Assembly (NCBI GenBank): GCA_963848295.1
Contig: CAWKDB010000004.1
Coordinates: forward strand, 32,001-96,000
Reading direction: 5' to 3'
DNA length: 64,000 nt
DNA from: an uncultured delta proteobacterium
GTDB taxonomy: Bacteria; Myxococcota_A; Polyangia; Haliangiales; Haliangiaceae
This document shows, piece after piece, positions 21,961 through 31,157 of this stretch. The position numbers and the translations under genes were made by a program. A model generated the notes under the pieces. That model saw nothing but the letters and a program-made list of their open reading frames with translations, was not told the origin of the DNA and searched no databases. Numbering within the stretch: the stretch's first letter is position 1; each line of letters opens with the position of its first letter.

Positions 21961-22650
21961 ATGCCGCCGCTGCTCGTCGTCGAAGAGCTGTCGATCGCCT
22001 TCGGGGAAGCCGATGTGTTGCAAGGCCTGACGTTCCACGTCGACCGCGGCGACTCGCTCGCGATCATCGGGCCGAACGGCAGCGGCAAGACGGTCCTGTT
22101 CAAGGCGCTCGTCGGGTCGATCCCGTTTCGTGGCCACATCCAGTGGGCTCGTGGCGCCCGCATTGGCTATGTCCCGCAGAAGCTCGATCTCGAGCGCGAC
22201 CTACCGATCACGGGGCTGGATCTGCTCGCGGCAAAGCACCGGGTGCTCGAGAGCGGCGACGACGTCGATGCGCTCGTACGACGCGTCGGTCTCGACGGCC
22301 AGACGCATAAGCCGATCGGCACGCTGTCGGGCGGGCAGCTTCAACGATTGCTGGTCGCCCTCGCGCTCGTCGGCAAGCCCGACGTGCTGCTCCTCGACGA
22401 ATTCACTGCGGGCGTCGATGCCCCCGGGCAGGAGCGGTTGAGCGAGCTGGTCCGAAGTCTCCAGGTCGAACACGGGCTGACCGTGCTCTCGATCTCGCAC
22501 GATCTCAGCGTGGTGTATCGATCTGCCACCAACGTGCTGTGCCTGGCGCGAGACCACGCCTGCATGGGCCCTCCACGGAAGATCCTCACGCCGGATCTGC
22601 TCGCGGAGATCTATGGCACCCCGGTGGAGTTCCACGTCCATGACCCTTGA
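21961..22650 (+). CDS. Metal (Zn/Mn) ABC transporter ATPase
   Basis: GPNGSGKT, IGYVPQK, LSGGQLQR, LLLDE, ISHDL. Confidence 0.9.
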   Translation: MPPLLVVEELSIAFGEADVLQGLTFHVDRGDSLAIIGPNGSGKTVLFKALVGSIPFRGHIQWARGARIGYVPQKLDLERDLPITGLDLLAAKHRVLESGDDVDALVRRVGLDGQTHKPIGTLSGGQLQRLLVALALVGKPDVLLLDEFTAGVDAPGQERLSELVRSLQVEHGLTVLSISHDLSVVYRSATNVLCLARDHACMGPPRKILTPDLLAEIYGTPVEFHVHDP

Positions 22651-23404
22651 GGTCGCCGCCTTCGCGCTGTCGATCGTGACCGCGAGCGTCGCCGGGTTGG
22701 TGGGATGCTTCGTGGTGATGCGGCGGATGACGCTCGGCGCAGATGCGCTATCGCACGTCGCGCTGCCCGGCATCGGCGTCGCACTCGCGCTCGGGATTCA
22801 TCCGCTGTTCGGCGCGACCGCGATGCTGCTCTTCGGTGCGCTGATCATCTGGGGCGTCGAGCGGCGGACCCGGATCGCGACGGAGGCGATCATCGGCGTC
22901 GTGTTCACGACCGCGCTCGCGGTCGGCAGCCTGATGAGCTCGGGCGAGGAGCTCATCGATGCGCTGTTTGGTGGCTCGGGCGCTCAGACGATCGGCGAGC
23001 TCGTGTTCGGAGCGGTCGTCGCGATCGCGATCGGCACCTTCATCGTCGTCGAGCGCAGTCGGCTCATTCTTTGGCTGGTGTCGCCGGAGATCGCGCGAAC
23101 GGCGGGGGTCGACGTCGCGCGGCTCGACTTGATGTTCCTGTTGATCTTCGCGCTCACGGTCGCGCTTGGCTTGCATTACCTCGGGGTGCTGCTCATGGGC
23201 TCGCTGATCATCATTCCCGCGGTCACCGCGAAACGCCTCGCGCGCGGGTTGAACGAGATGATGGGCTATGCCATCGGCATTGCGGTGGTCGCGACCGTCG
23301 TCGGCACGTACGTCGCCCATCGGGTTCACCGTCCGACCGGCCCGATCATCATCACGGTCGCGGCCCTGTGCTTCGTTGGCAGCTTGATCAAGCGGCGACG
23401 GTGA
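22640..23404 (+). CDS. Metal ABC transporter permease (ABC-3)
   Basis: DALSHVALPG, GVLL..SLIIIPA. Confidence 0.9.
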   Translation: MTLEVAAFALSIVTASVAGLVGCFVVMRRMTLGADALSHVALPGIGVALALGIHPLFGATAMLLFGALIIWGVERRTRIATEAIIGVVFTTALAVGSLMSSGEELIDALFGGSGAQTIGELVFGAVVAIAIGTFIVVERSRLILWLVSPEIARTAGVDVARLDLMFLLIFALTVALGLHYLGVLLMGSLIIIPAVTAKRLARGLNEMMGYAIGIAVVATVVGTYVAHRVHRPTGPIIITVAALCFVGSLIKRRR

Positions 23405-23461
23405 CCGTTGCGATCGCCGCTGGTTGCCGTTGCCACATCGACGAGTGATAGCCGAGCCCGG

Positions 23462-24334
23462 TCATCGCGGGCCCTTCGAGACGGAGGATCCGAGATGGCG
23501 TCCGGGTTGTACATCGCTAGCTTGGTCCGCGAACGCGGGCTCGAAGCTCTCGGGCGCGGCGAGATAGGCACGGAACGCGCTCATCGCCCTGCTCACGTGC
23601 CAGCCATCCGCGTAGCGGTGATCGATCGTCGCGGTGATCGGGAGGATGTCGCGCACCTCGACACGGCGATCGACGACGACCCCGCGCGCGGTGATCTCGC
23701 CGACCAGGACCAGCAGCGGCACGTCGTACATCCACGCGAGCGGTGCGAACCCCTGCGGCAACCCGAACATCCCGACGTTGGTGACCATCGCGCTGCCGAA
23801 CGGGGAACGGTGCAGCGATAGCGCGGGTACGTCTAGCTCGAGCTCCTGGGTCAGGAACGCGGTGGCCTTCAAGACACCACGCAGGAGCCAGGAAGGCGTG
23901 AGATCGAGCAGGTGCTTGGTCTGCGCGAGGTCGCGGTCGTTGCCTTGCTTCATCGCGGTGCTGCGCTCGGTCAGCTCGCGGGCGATCGCGAATGCCGGTT
24001 TCACATCGGCGTTCGCGATCGCGACGCCGGAAAGATCGTGACCCTTGGCGACCGCGGTGATGAAGAAAATATCGACCGACCGGCGCGGGCGCACGCGGCC
24101 GCGCCGAATACGCACGTTGAGATCGGGAACCTCCCGCAAGACGTGGGCGAGTGCACGACCGACGACGTGCGTCGCGGTGACGTGATGACCCGCGGCGCGC
24201 GCACGCGCGATGAACGCCAGCGTTGGTCCCGCATCGACGTCGAGCTCACCGAAGATCTGCGGATCGTCTGGTGCGTGCCACATCGCACTCGCGACTCGTC
24301 GCCAGCCCGTGAGGCGCGTGCTCGGTCGCATCAC
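23462..24334 (-). CDS. Stand-alone 2-oxoacid dehydrogenase E2-like acyltransferase catalytic domain
   Basis: FGSAMVTNVG, ITATIDHRYADG (HxxxDG); no lipoyl domain. Confidence 0.85.
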   Translation of the reverse strand: MMRPSTRLTGWRRVASAMWHAPDDPQIFGELDVDAGPTLAFIARARAAGHHVTATHVVGRALAHVLREVPDLNVRIRRGRVRPRRSVDIFFITAVAKGHDLSGVAIANADVKPAFAIARELTERSTAMKQGNDRDLAQTKHLLDLTPSWLLRGVLKATAFLTQELELDVPALSLHRSPFGSAMVTNVGMFGLPQGFAPLAWMYDVPLLVLVGEITARGVVVDRRVEVRDILPITATIDHRYADGWHVSRAMSAFRAYLAAPESFEPAFADQASDVQPGRHLGSSVSKGPR

Positions 24335-25510
24335 GAGGTCCGCTCCTTGCGCGGGATCGCGACGTCGAACGTCGTGCCGCTCGACGACGATGCGACCTCG
24401 ATCGTGCCGCGATGGAGTGCGACCAGGCTATGCACGATCGACATCCCCATCCCGGTCCCGCCCTCCTTCGTCGAGAAGAACGGCTCGTAGATCCGGGGCA
24501 ATACGTCGGCCGGGATCCCGGCACCGTCGTCGCTCACGCGGATGTGAACGTGGCCATCGACGGGAACGACAGCCACGATGACATGACCGCCGGCGGTCAC
24601 CGCTTCGATCGCGTTGTGGATCAAGCTATCGACGACCTGTCGGACCTTCGAGGCATCGATCTCGGCAACGACGGGCCCGGACGCGCCGCCGAGCGTGAGC
24701 GTCGCACCGCGCTGTATCGCCAGCGGCCGGTCGTGCTCGATCACATCGCGCACGAGGGCGACGAGGTCTTGAGACCGTAGCGCGAGTGCCTGCGGTCGCG
24801 CGAACGCAAGGAACTCGTCCAGCAAGGTCGTGAGCCGCTCGAGCTCGTGGTCCGCCAGCTCGATCGGCTCCACGAGCGTCGGATCATCACCGGCGCGACG
24901 CAGCCGGCGCTCCGCGAGCTTGAGCTGGAGCTTGGCGGAGTTGAGGGGGTTGCGCACTTCGTGTGCGAGCCCGGCGCACAGGGTCTGCATCGCCTCGACC
25001 TGCTCGATGCGGCGCTGCTGTTCGGCCGAGACCAGCCGCTCTTCCGAGTCGATCTGATATTGACGCAAGATCACGGCGAGCTCGAGGTCGAGGAGTTTGT
25101 CGACCGCGTTGCGGAAGGCATGCGCCTCCAGAGCAGCCGGACATGCGACGACGATCCGGTCGCCGTACGCGCGCCGGATGACGTTGAGCGCCGGCGACCA
25201 TGTAGTGCTGTGCGAGCCCGATCGCGACGTGGCGTCGACCGATTTGCGAGCGTTTCGCGATGAACACATCGTCGTAAGGCCCGAGCAATCCGGTCGACAT
25301 CCAATCGATCAGTGCGAGGCGCAGCCGCGCGACTTGTTCGGAGCTCGACAGGATCGCGGCCGTGCTCGCGTTCGCCAGTGCCACCGCGTAGAACGCATCG
25401 GCGATCGCCGGAAACGAAGGTGCGAGCACGGGGTGGAGCGCGACGAGCCGTTCGCGATCGTCTGCGCCGAGCGCGAGGTATGCGAGGATCTCGTCGAGGA
25501 GCTCGGTCAC
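24331..25510 (-). pseudogene. Protoglobin-coupled sensor histidine kinase with +1 frameshift (or sequencing error)
   Basis: The globin part (FY..., IGRRHVAIGLAQHYM) is in one frame; LNVIR..VDKLLDLEL..AHEVRNPLN..EPFFSTKEGGTGMG is in another. The span is 1180 nt (3n+1). Confidence 0.85.
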
Positions 25511-26925
25511 CTCTGACCATTTCGCTCGTTGCCGAGAGCGGCGTCCTTGGCCTGCACGACGTCGATTTCGGACCGCGGTGCGGCATGATACTCGTGCAGC
25601 CGATACTGGATCGTTCGCGCGCTGATGCCGAGCATCTCGGCAGCCTTCGAGGTGGAGCCTCCAGCGGCCTTCATGGTCTCGAGGATCGCGTAGCGCTCTA
25701 GCTCGGCCATCGTCGAGCCCGGAATCGGCGGGATACCCGAGGTGCCGACCGGCCGAACGTTGGGCGGGAGGTGACCGACTTCGATCTCGGGGCCGGTCGC
25801 GAGCACGATCGCGCGTTCGATCGCATTCTCGAGCTCTCGGACGTTCCCCGGCCAGTCGTACGCGACGAGCAGGTCGAGCGCCTGTGACGAGATCGCCTCG
25901 ACCGGCTTGCCGTTGTCCTTGGCATAGCGATCGACGAAGAACTTCGCGATCGCCGGAATGTCGGATCTGCGGTCGCGCAGCGGCGGCATCTCGATGTTGA
26001 CGACGTTGAGCCGGTAGAACAGATCCTCTCGGAACCGACCGCGCGCGACCTCCTCTTTGAGATCGCGATTGGTCGCCGCGATCACCCGGACGTCGACGCG
26101 GATCGTCTGCGTGCCGCCGACGCGCTCGAACTCGTGCTCCTGAAGGAAGCGGAGCAGCTTGACCTGCAGCGAGGTGGAGATCTCGCCGATCTCGTCGAGG
26201 AACAACGTGCCGCCATCGGAGAGCGAGAATCGGCCGTCCTTGCGCGCCGTCGCGCCGGTGAACGAGCCCTTCTCGTGGCCGAACAGCTCGCTCTCGAGCA
26301 AGCTTTCGGCGAGCGCGGCGCAGTGCAGCTTGATGAACGGGCCACTCGCGCGCGGCGACCGCTGATGGATCGCGTTCGCGACCAGCTCCTTGCCGGTCCC
26401 GCTCTCGCCCGTGATCAGGACGGTCGCCCGACTCGGGGCGACCTGGTCGACGATCTCGAACACGCGTTGCATCGGTGGGCTCGACCCGACCATGTTGCCG
26501 GGCGCAACACGATCGCGGACGCGCTTGCGCAGCTGTGCCGTCTCGCGGCGCATCGCCTGGTTCGCGAGCACCTTGTCGAGCACGACGAGGAGCTCGTCGA
26601 AGTTGAGCGGCTTGGTCAGATACTCCTCGGCGCCGGCGCGCATCGCCTCGAGCGCGGACTCGACCGCGCCGAAGGCGGTCATCACGACAACGGCTGGCGC
26701 GTCCTCCATCGCACGGAGCTTCTTGACCAGCTCGATGCCGTCCATGCCTGGCATCTTCAGATCGGTGATCACGACATGCGGCGCGAACCCCTCGAACTTG
26801 CCGAGCGCCTTGAACGCATCGGCCGAGGTCTCGACATCGAACCCCTCCTCGCGCAGCAGCTCGGCCAGCGCCGTACGGGCGTGAACTTCATCGTCGACGA
26901 CTAGGATGCGTCCGGTGCGGATCAT
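25507..26925 (-). CDS. NtrC-family sigma54-dependent response regulator
   Basis: REC domain, [34 protein letters not shown]-terminal HTH. Confidence 0.96.
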   Translation of the reverse strand: MIRTGRILVVDDEVHARTALAELLREEGFDVETSADAFKALGKFEGFAPHVVITDLKMPGMDGIELVKKLRAMEDAPAVVVMTAFGAVESALEAMRAGAEEYLTKPLNFDELLVVLDKVLANQAMRRETAQLRKRVRDRVAPGNMVGSSPPMQRVFEIVDQVAPSRATVLITGESGTGKELVANAIHQRSPRASGPFIKLHCAALAESLLESELFGHEKGSFTGATARKDGRFSLSDGGTLFLDEIGEISTSLQVKLLRFLQEHEFERVGGTQTIRVDVRVIAATNRDLKEEVARGRFREDLFYRLNVVNIEMPPLRDRRSDIPAIAKFFVDRYAKDNGKPVEAISSQALDLLVAYDWPGNVRELENAIERAIVLATGPEIEVGHLPPNVRPVGTSGIPPIPGSTMAELERYAILETMKAAGGSTSKAAEMLGISARTIQYRLHEYHAAPRSEIDVVQAKDAALGNERNGQR

Positions 26926-26937
26926 GAGCCATCAGAT

Positions 26938-26953
26938 AGCGAGACGCGTGCCA
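26938..26953 (-). promoter_or_regulatory. sigma54 -24/-12 promoter of the activator operon
   Basis: TGGCACGCGTCTCGCT on minus strand; ATG 26925 is 14 nt downstream. Confidence 0.75.
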
Positions 26954-26983
26954 TGGAGATCCGCGGATTTGCGGGTATCAAAG

Positions 26984-27026
26984 CGCAAGACCTGCGACAC
27001 GAGCGACCTGTCGCGCAAGCCGTGCG
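26984..27026. promoter_or_regulatory. Tandem CGCA-N5-TGCG sites (candidate autoregulation)
   Basis: CGCAAGACCTGCG at 26984 and CGCAAGCCGTGCG at 27014, both perfect. Confidence 0.7.
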
Positions 27027-27059
27027 GGATTCCCACAGCCCGGCGTCGGCGTTTCAATA

Positions 27060-28034
27060 CTACGAATCGGCACCCGCGAGCCGCTCGACCAACACGCGCC
27101 ACCACGGCCGAGGCCAGCGAACGTGTGACCGAGGCTCGTATCCGAGCTCGCGTCGCGCTCGGGCCCCATCGAGCACGCCGCCGAAGTGGAAACGCTGGAC
27201 GTTGAGATCATAGCGAAACTCGAAGCCGGCAACGGCGCGCCGCAGCTTGTACAGCGGTGCCATCAACAGCCCGGGGATCGGGATGTCGGCGCGATTGCTC
27301 TCTGCGATCGCACGAGACAGGGGCAGGGTGTCGGCGCCCGGAATGTTGAACACGCCGATCGCTTGCGATCGAGCGGCGGCTGCGAACGCCACCGCCGCAT
27401 CGTCGAGTGCGAGCACGTTGATGATCGGGTCGAAGCCCATGGGTCGGAGGCAGACTCGCGATGACAGGTAGTCCCACAACTGGCTGCCGGTGGCGGGCGC
27501 TAGCAACTCCGCACATCGAAGCACGGCGATCTGCAATGGACCTTCGTGGTACGCGCAGACCGTTAGGTCGGCCTCGACGCGATCACGCAGCCACTGGGGG
27601 ACGGCCGGATCGAACTCGAGCGCTGCGTTCTCGTCGATCAAGCTCGTCGTCGTGTGGCGCTGCGCGTAGACCTCCGCGAAGCTGCGACAGACAAATCGGT
27701 GGATCGTTGGATGGTCGGCACAGTCGAGCAGCAGTTGGCGGGCGGCCTCGACGTTCTGCGCGTGGACGCGGCGCCCGCCGTCGTGAGCGTCCCGATGCTG
27801 GGCGGTGTGAACGATCGTATCGATCGCGTGCTGTCGCGCCGCACCGTGAATCAGGTCGTGCACTTCACGAACGCGCGTGAGGTCGGTCGCGCGATAGACG
27901 AGGCGCGGATCGGTCGACGGCACCTGCGCCTCCAGGCCGATCGCGAGTACCCGCGTGACGTCGGCATCGGCGAGCAGCTGCTTGACGATCGCTGCGCCGA
28001 GGGGCGTGGTCGCGCCGGTGACCACGACTCTCAT
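27060..28034 (-). CDS. NAD-dependent epimerase/dehydratase family protein
   Basis: VVVTGATTPLG Rossmann start and extended-SDR layout. Confidence 0.85.
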   Translation of the reverse strand: MRVVVTGATTPLGAAIVKQLLADADVTRVLAIGLEAQVPSTDPRLVYRATDLTRVREVHDLIHGAARQHAIDTIVHTAQHRDAHDGGRRVHAQNVEAARQLLLDCADHPTIHRFVCRSFAEVYAQRHTTTSLIDENAALEFDPAVPQWLRDRVEADLTVCAYHEGPLQIAVLRCAELLAPATGSQLWDYLSSRVCLRPMGFDPIINVLALDDAAVAFAAAARSQAIGVFNIPGADTLPLSRAIAESNRADIPIPGLLMAPLYKLRRAVAGFEFRYDLNVQRFHFGGVLDGARARRELGYEPRSHVRWPRPWWRVLVERLAGADS

Positions 28035-28867
28035 CGGAAGACTCCACGTCTGGCCATCCGGAGATCTGCGATCTGGTGCTCGAGCACCGAACGGACTCGC
28101 GTTGCGGCCGCGCCGACGATCTCCGGATCGTCGGCGTCAGCGGCGACGTGATCGTGGTCGAGATGAATCGGTGCGCCGTAGTAGATGCGGTAGTGCGCGG
28201 GCAATGGCAGCGGCCACGCAGGAATCGGCAAGTACGGCGCACCGAACCAGCGGAGGCCGAGCTTGGTCGCAAGCGGCCAGCTCTCCTCGGCACCGAGGAT
28301 GGCCACCGGCACGACCGGCGCGCGATGGCGGATCGCGAGCTCGGCAAACCCAACGCGCCACGCTTGGACCTGATACCGATCGCGGAACCGCTTCGCGGGT
28401 CCCGTGACGCCCTCGGGCCAGATCGCGACGAGCTCGCCGCGGTCGAGGAGATGGGCGACGTTCGCGCGCGTGCCGCTGACCACGCCGCAGCGCGCGTACA
28501 CCGTGCTGATGACCGGCAGCCTCGGCACGAAGTGATCGGTAACCGCGCGCGGGATCCTCGGCGGCTCGAGCTTGCGGAGGATGTCGAAACACAGCATCGC
28601 GGCGTCGACCGGGAGCACGCCGCCGTGATTCGCGACCAGGATCGCCGGCCCATCGATGGGCACGTGCTCGATCCCGCTCGACGTGACGCGGAAGTAGCGA
28701 TCATATATCGGCGCGCACACCTCGAGCATCCGAACGAGCGTTGGCGGGTGGAGCCCGAACAGGTCGTAGCCGTAGCCTTCGTCGTGGAAGCCCGCCCCGG
28801 TCGCGTACCGTGCGAGTGATGTCGGCGCGCCGGCAGAGGGTCTTGTACGTGACTCCATGTCCGACAC
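28031..28867 (-). CDS. Lysophospholipid acyltransferase (PlsC-like)
   Basis: NHGGVLPVD (HX4D), WPEG; start is GTG 28867 or ATG 28858. Confidence 0.88.
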   Translation of the reverse strand: MSDMESRTRPSAGAPTSLARYATGAGFHDEGYGYDLFGLHPPTLVRMLEVCAPIYDRYFRVTSSGIEHVPIDGPAILVANHGGVLPVDAAMLCFDILRKLEPPRIPRAVTDHFVPRLPVISTVYARCGVVSGTRANVAHLLDRGELVAIWPEGVTGPAKRFRDRYQVQAWRVGFAELAIRHRAPVVPVAILGAEESWPLATKLGLRWFGAPYLPIPAWPLPLPAHYRIYYGAPIHLDHDHVAADADDPEIVGAAATRVRSVLEHQIADLRMARRGVFR

Positions 28868-28932
28868 GTGTGGGTTCAGTGCAACTTCTCGGCGAAGCGG
28901 CATGGGACGGGGTGATGCATGCGACGCGCCGA

Positions 28933-29367
28933 TCACGACGCGAGCGCGAGCGGCCGAACGGTGATCGCGAGCGTGACCGGAGCCTTCAACGCCCTCGCGA
29001 TGATGCACTGGCGCTCGGCAGCTCGCAGCAGGTTCTCGGCGCGGCTCTCGTCGCCCGCGGCCGTCACGAGATCGACCTCGAGTCGGATCGCCGTGAACGC
29101 GGGGCCCTCTGGTGTCTTGTCGAGCGTTCCGGTCGCGGCGCCGCGCCAGCTATGGATCCGGACCGACTCGCGCCGAACCAGCGCGTCGAACGTGGTCTGG
29201 AGACACACCAGCGCGGCGCCGACCAGCAACTCTTCTGGACTCCACACCGAGTCGATTCCGCCGAACTGGGGCGGCGCACCCGTGCGGATCGGAGCGCGCG
29301 GTGCTGCGGCGAGCTCGCCGTTCGCCAGCGTCACGGCATACGTATGCGGGAACCGCGCGATCGTCAT
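28933..29367 (-). CDS. OsmC/Ohr family protein
   Basis: PPQFGG..WSPEELL...C, and AERQCIIARAL. Confidence 0.88.
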   Translation of the reverse strand: MTIARFPHTYAVTLANGELAAAPRAPIRTGAPPQFGGIDSVWSPEELLVGAALVCLQTTFDALVRRESVRIHSWRGAATGTLDKTPEGPAFTAIRLEVDLVTAAGDESRAENLLRAAERQCIIARALKAPVTLAITVRPLALAS

Positions 29368-29369
29368 GG

Positions 29370-30029
29370 CTACCCGATCCGCGTTTGATCGATCACCGTC
29401 TCGACACCGCGCGTGCCCCACACCGCGCCGACGATCGCCAAGCGCTCGGTCAGCGAGTCGATGTCGCCGGTCACCGTGACCTTGCCACCTTCGATATCGA
29501 GCTTCACCTTCTTGGCCTCGCGGGTTGCGTGGCGCTCGAGCGCGCCCTCGATCGCCGTGCGCAAGATCGCCGGCGAGATCGATGGCCCAGCAAGCTTGAT
29601 CTCGTTCTGGACCGCGCACACGCCAGCGAGCTGACCCACGGCGCGGGCGGCGTCTTCGCGTTGCGAAGCGACATCGACCGATCCCGACAACGTGACGACG
29701 CCATCGCTGACCGTCGTTTGAACCCGCTCCTCGGGGACCAGCACATGCCACTTCAACGAGGTGCGCGCCGCCTCGGCGATGTCGGCGTCGCTCGGCTTCG
29801 CCGCATAGAGTTTGACCTGAAGATCGTCGGCGACGTCTCGTACGCCGGCCACACGGTGTGCCGCATCGCGCGCGGCGACGCGCTTCGCCCAGCTCGCGAC
29901 GGTGCCGGTCAACGTCACGATCCCGCGATGGGCCTGGACGCCGACCTCCGTCTCGTCGACGCGCGTGTCCCACTTCAGCTCTTCGAGGACATCTTTCTTG
30001 ATCTGTGAATCGGACTTGATGGTTTGCAT
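29370..30029 (-). CDS. BON domain protein (three BON domains)
   Basis: Repeated G.VTL.G.V.S motif, LKWDTRV. Confidence 0.92.
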   Translation of the reverse strand: MQTIKSDSQIKKDVLEELKWDTRVDETEVGVQAHRGIVTLTGTVASWAKRVAARDAAHRVAGVRDVADDLQVKLYAAKPSDADIAEAARTSLKWHVLVPEERVQTTVSDGVVTLSGSVDVASQREDAARAVGQLAGVCAVQNEIKLAGPSISPAILRTAIEGALERHATREAKKVKLDIEGGKVTVTGDIDSLTERLAIVGAVWGTRGVETVIDQTRIG

Positions 30030-30041
30030 GAATTCTCGCCG

Positions 30042-30057
30042 AGCAAGTCGCGTTCCA
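30042..30057 (-). promoter_or_regulatory. sigma54 -24/-12 promoter
   Basis: TGGAACGCGACTTGCT on minus strand; ATG 30029 is 14 nt downstream. Confidence 0.8.
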
Positions 30058-30089
30058 CTGGGTCGGCGAGCTCAGCTGCATGTGGCTCG

Positions 30090-30132
30090 CGCACTCTCGG
30101 CGTCGTGACGGCGCGATCGCGCAAACGATGCG
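30090..30132. promoter_or_regulatory. Tandem CGCA-N5-TGCG sites
   Basis: CGCACTCTCGGCG at 30090 and CGCAAACGATGCG at 30120. Confidence 0.6.
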
Positions 30133-30171
30133 CGATTCTCGTAGCCCGCGCGCCAGCATTCGAGGTGGCGC

Positions 30172-30327
30172 CTCGCGCAAGCCCAAGATCTCGCCGTCCT
30201 GCCCGTTACCGGCACCGGTTGGAGTGACTGGGGTTCGCCCAAGCGCGTGTTCGCCAGCCCTGCCGGGACACCTAGCCACGATCGGCTCGTCGCACGCATA
30301 CGCGGCGACTTCGCACTCGCCGGCTGA
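30172..30327 (+). pseudogene. C-terminal relic of a sugar-phosphate nucleotidyltransferase (mannose-1-P guanylyltransferase-like)
   Basis: LAQAQDLAVLPVTGTGWSDWGSPKRVF...*; the WSDxG motif is present but there is no N-terminus. Confidence 0.6.
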
Positions 30328-30428
30328 TCGAGGTTTCGAGCCTTCCGGAGCCGTCGTACACTTTTCCGCACGACTGGCGTTCATCGCTGAACGGCGCGAC
30401 GGAGCTGCGCCCTCTCGGGCGATCGCAC

Positions 30429-30644
30429 TCACGCGAGCCGCGATCGCGGGACCCAGATCCCGGCCGCGCGCTGAAAGTAGCGTCTCTTCACCGCCGCCCA
30501 GGCGATCCTGTGAGCGATGGCTTCGCGATCGGCGCCGTACCGTGCGAACGCGTCGTTGAACGCCGCGCGATAGATATCTTGGGCGTGTTGCGGCAGATGC
30601 TTGCGCACGCCCACCGGGAGATTGGAATTCTTGGTGTAGGGCAC
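30429..30644 (-). CDS. chaB: ChaB family protein (second copy)
   Basis: MPYTKNSNLPVGVRKHLPQHAQDIYRAAFNDA..AHRIAWAAVKRRY. Confidence 0.9.
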   Translation of the reverse strand: MPYTKNSNLPVGVRKHLPQHAQDIYRAAFNDAFARYGADREAIAHRIAWAAVKRRYFQRAAGIWVPRSRLA

Positions 30645-30656
30645 GTGGCCAGCAGC

Positions 30657-30672
30657 AGCACGAGTCGTGCCG
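30657..30672 (-). promoter_or_regulatory. sigma54 -24/-12 promoter
   Basis: CGGCACGACTCGTGCT on minus strand; GTG 30644 is 14 nt downstream. Confidence 0.7.
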
Positions 30673-30685
30673 AGGTACGCGGCCC

Positions 30686-30701
30686 TGGAACGGTCCATGC
30701 A
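30686..30701 (+). promoter_or_regulatory. sigma54 -24/-12 promoter
   Basis: TGGAACGGTCCATGCA; ATG 30715 is 15 nt downstream. Confidence 0.7.
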
Positions 30702-30714
30702 CTCTCGAAGCACC

Positions 30715-30843
30715 ATGTCTGACAAGTTCCAACAGATTCACCAGCACGAGATCGCCGAGCGGCGCCGGGCCTCGATCTACTTCCTGGTGTTGTCGATCGC
30801 TGTGCTGATCATCATCGCGGCGTTCGCGATCGCCGTACGCTGA
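30715..30843 (+). CDS. 42-aa single-TM small protein
   Basis: MSDKFQQIHQHEIAERRRASIYFLVLSIAVLIIIAAFAIAVR*; has its own sigma54 promoter. Confidence 0.65.
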   Translation: MSDKFQQIHQHEIAERRRASIYFLVLSIAVLIIIAAFAIAVR

Positions 30844-30914
30844 CCGATCGGGTGGTCCGGCCATGCTGATAGTGCGATAGGCGCGATGCTTCAACCTGTG
30901 CGAAGGAGTGTGTC

Positions 30915-31109
30915 ATGCGACTCAACGAAGGATCGATCGACCGAGTGATGCGCATCGTCATCGGCCTCGTGCTGCTGTCTCTCGTCGTAGCCGGCCCTCA
31001 TTCGCTGTGGGGCCTGTTCGGGCTGATCCCGCTGCTCACCGGAGTCTGGGGCTTCTGCCCGCTGTACCGCGCACTCGGCATCTCGAGCTGCCGCACACGT
31101 GCTGCGTGA
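30915..31109 (+). CDS. DUF2892 (YgaP-like) membrane protein
   Basis: NEGSIDRVMR..GLIPLLTG..FCPLY..LGISSC; AAGGAG RBS. Confidence 0.88.
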   Translation: MRLNEGSIDRVMRIVIGLVLLSLVVAGPHSLWGLFGLIPLLTGVWGFCPLYRALGISSCRTRAA

Positions 31110-31157
31110 TGCCATGATCGGTCGCGCGCAATCGCGAGGAGCTCACGATTGAATGAC

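Noticed and set aside
25181..25210. Programmed ribosomal frameshift in the globin kinase
   Set aside because: No slippery heptamer or homopolymer; a point insertion or assembly error is simpler.
28933..30894. 653-aa ORF
   Set aside because: Only the last 144 aa (OsmC) are protein-like; the rest overlaps BON and chaB in other frames.
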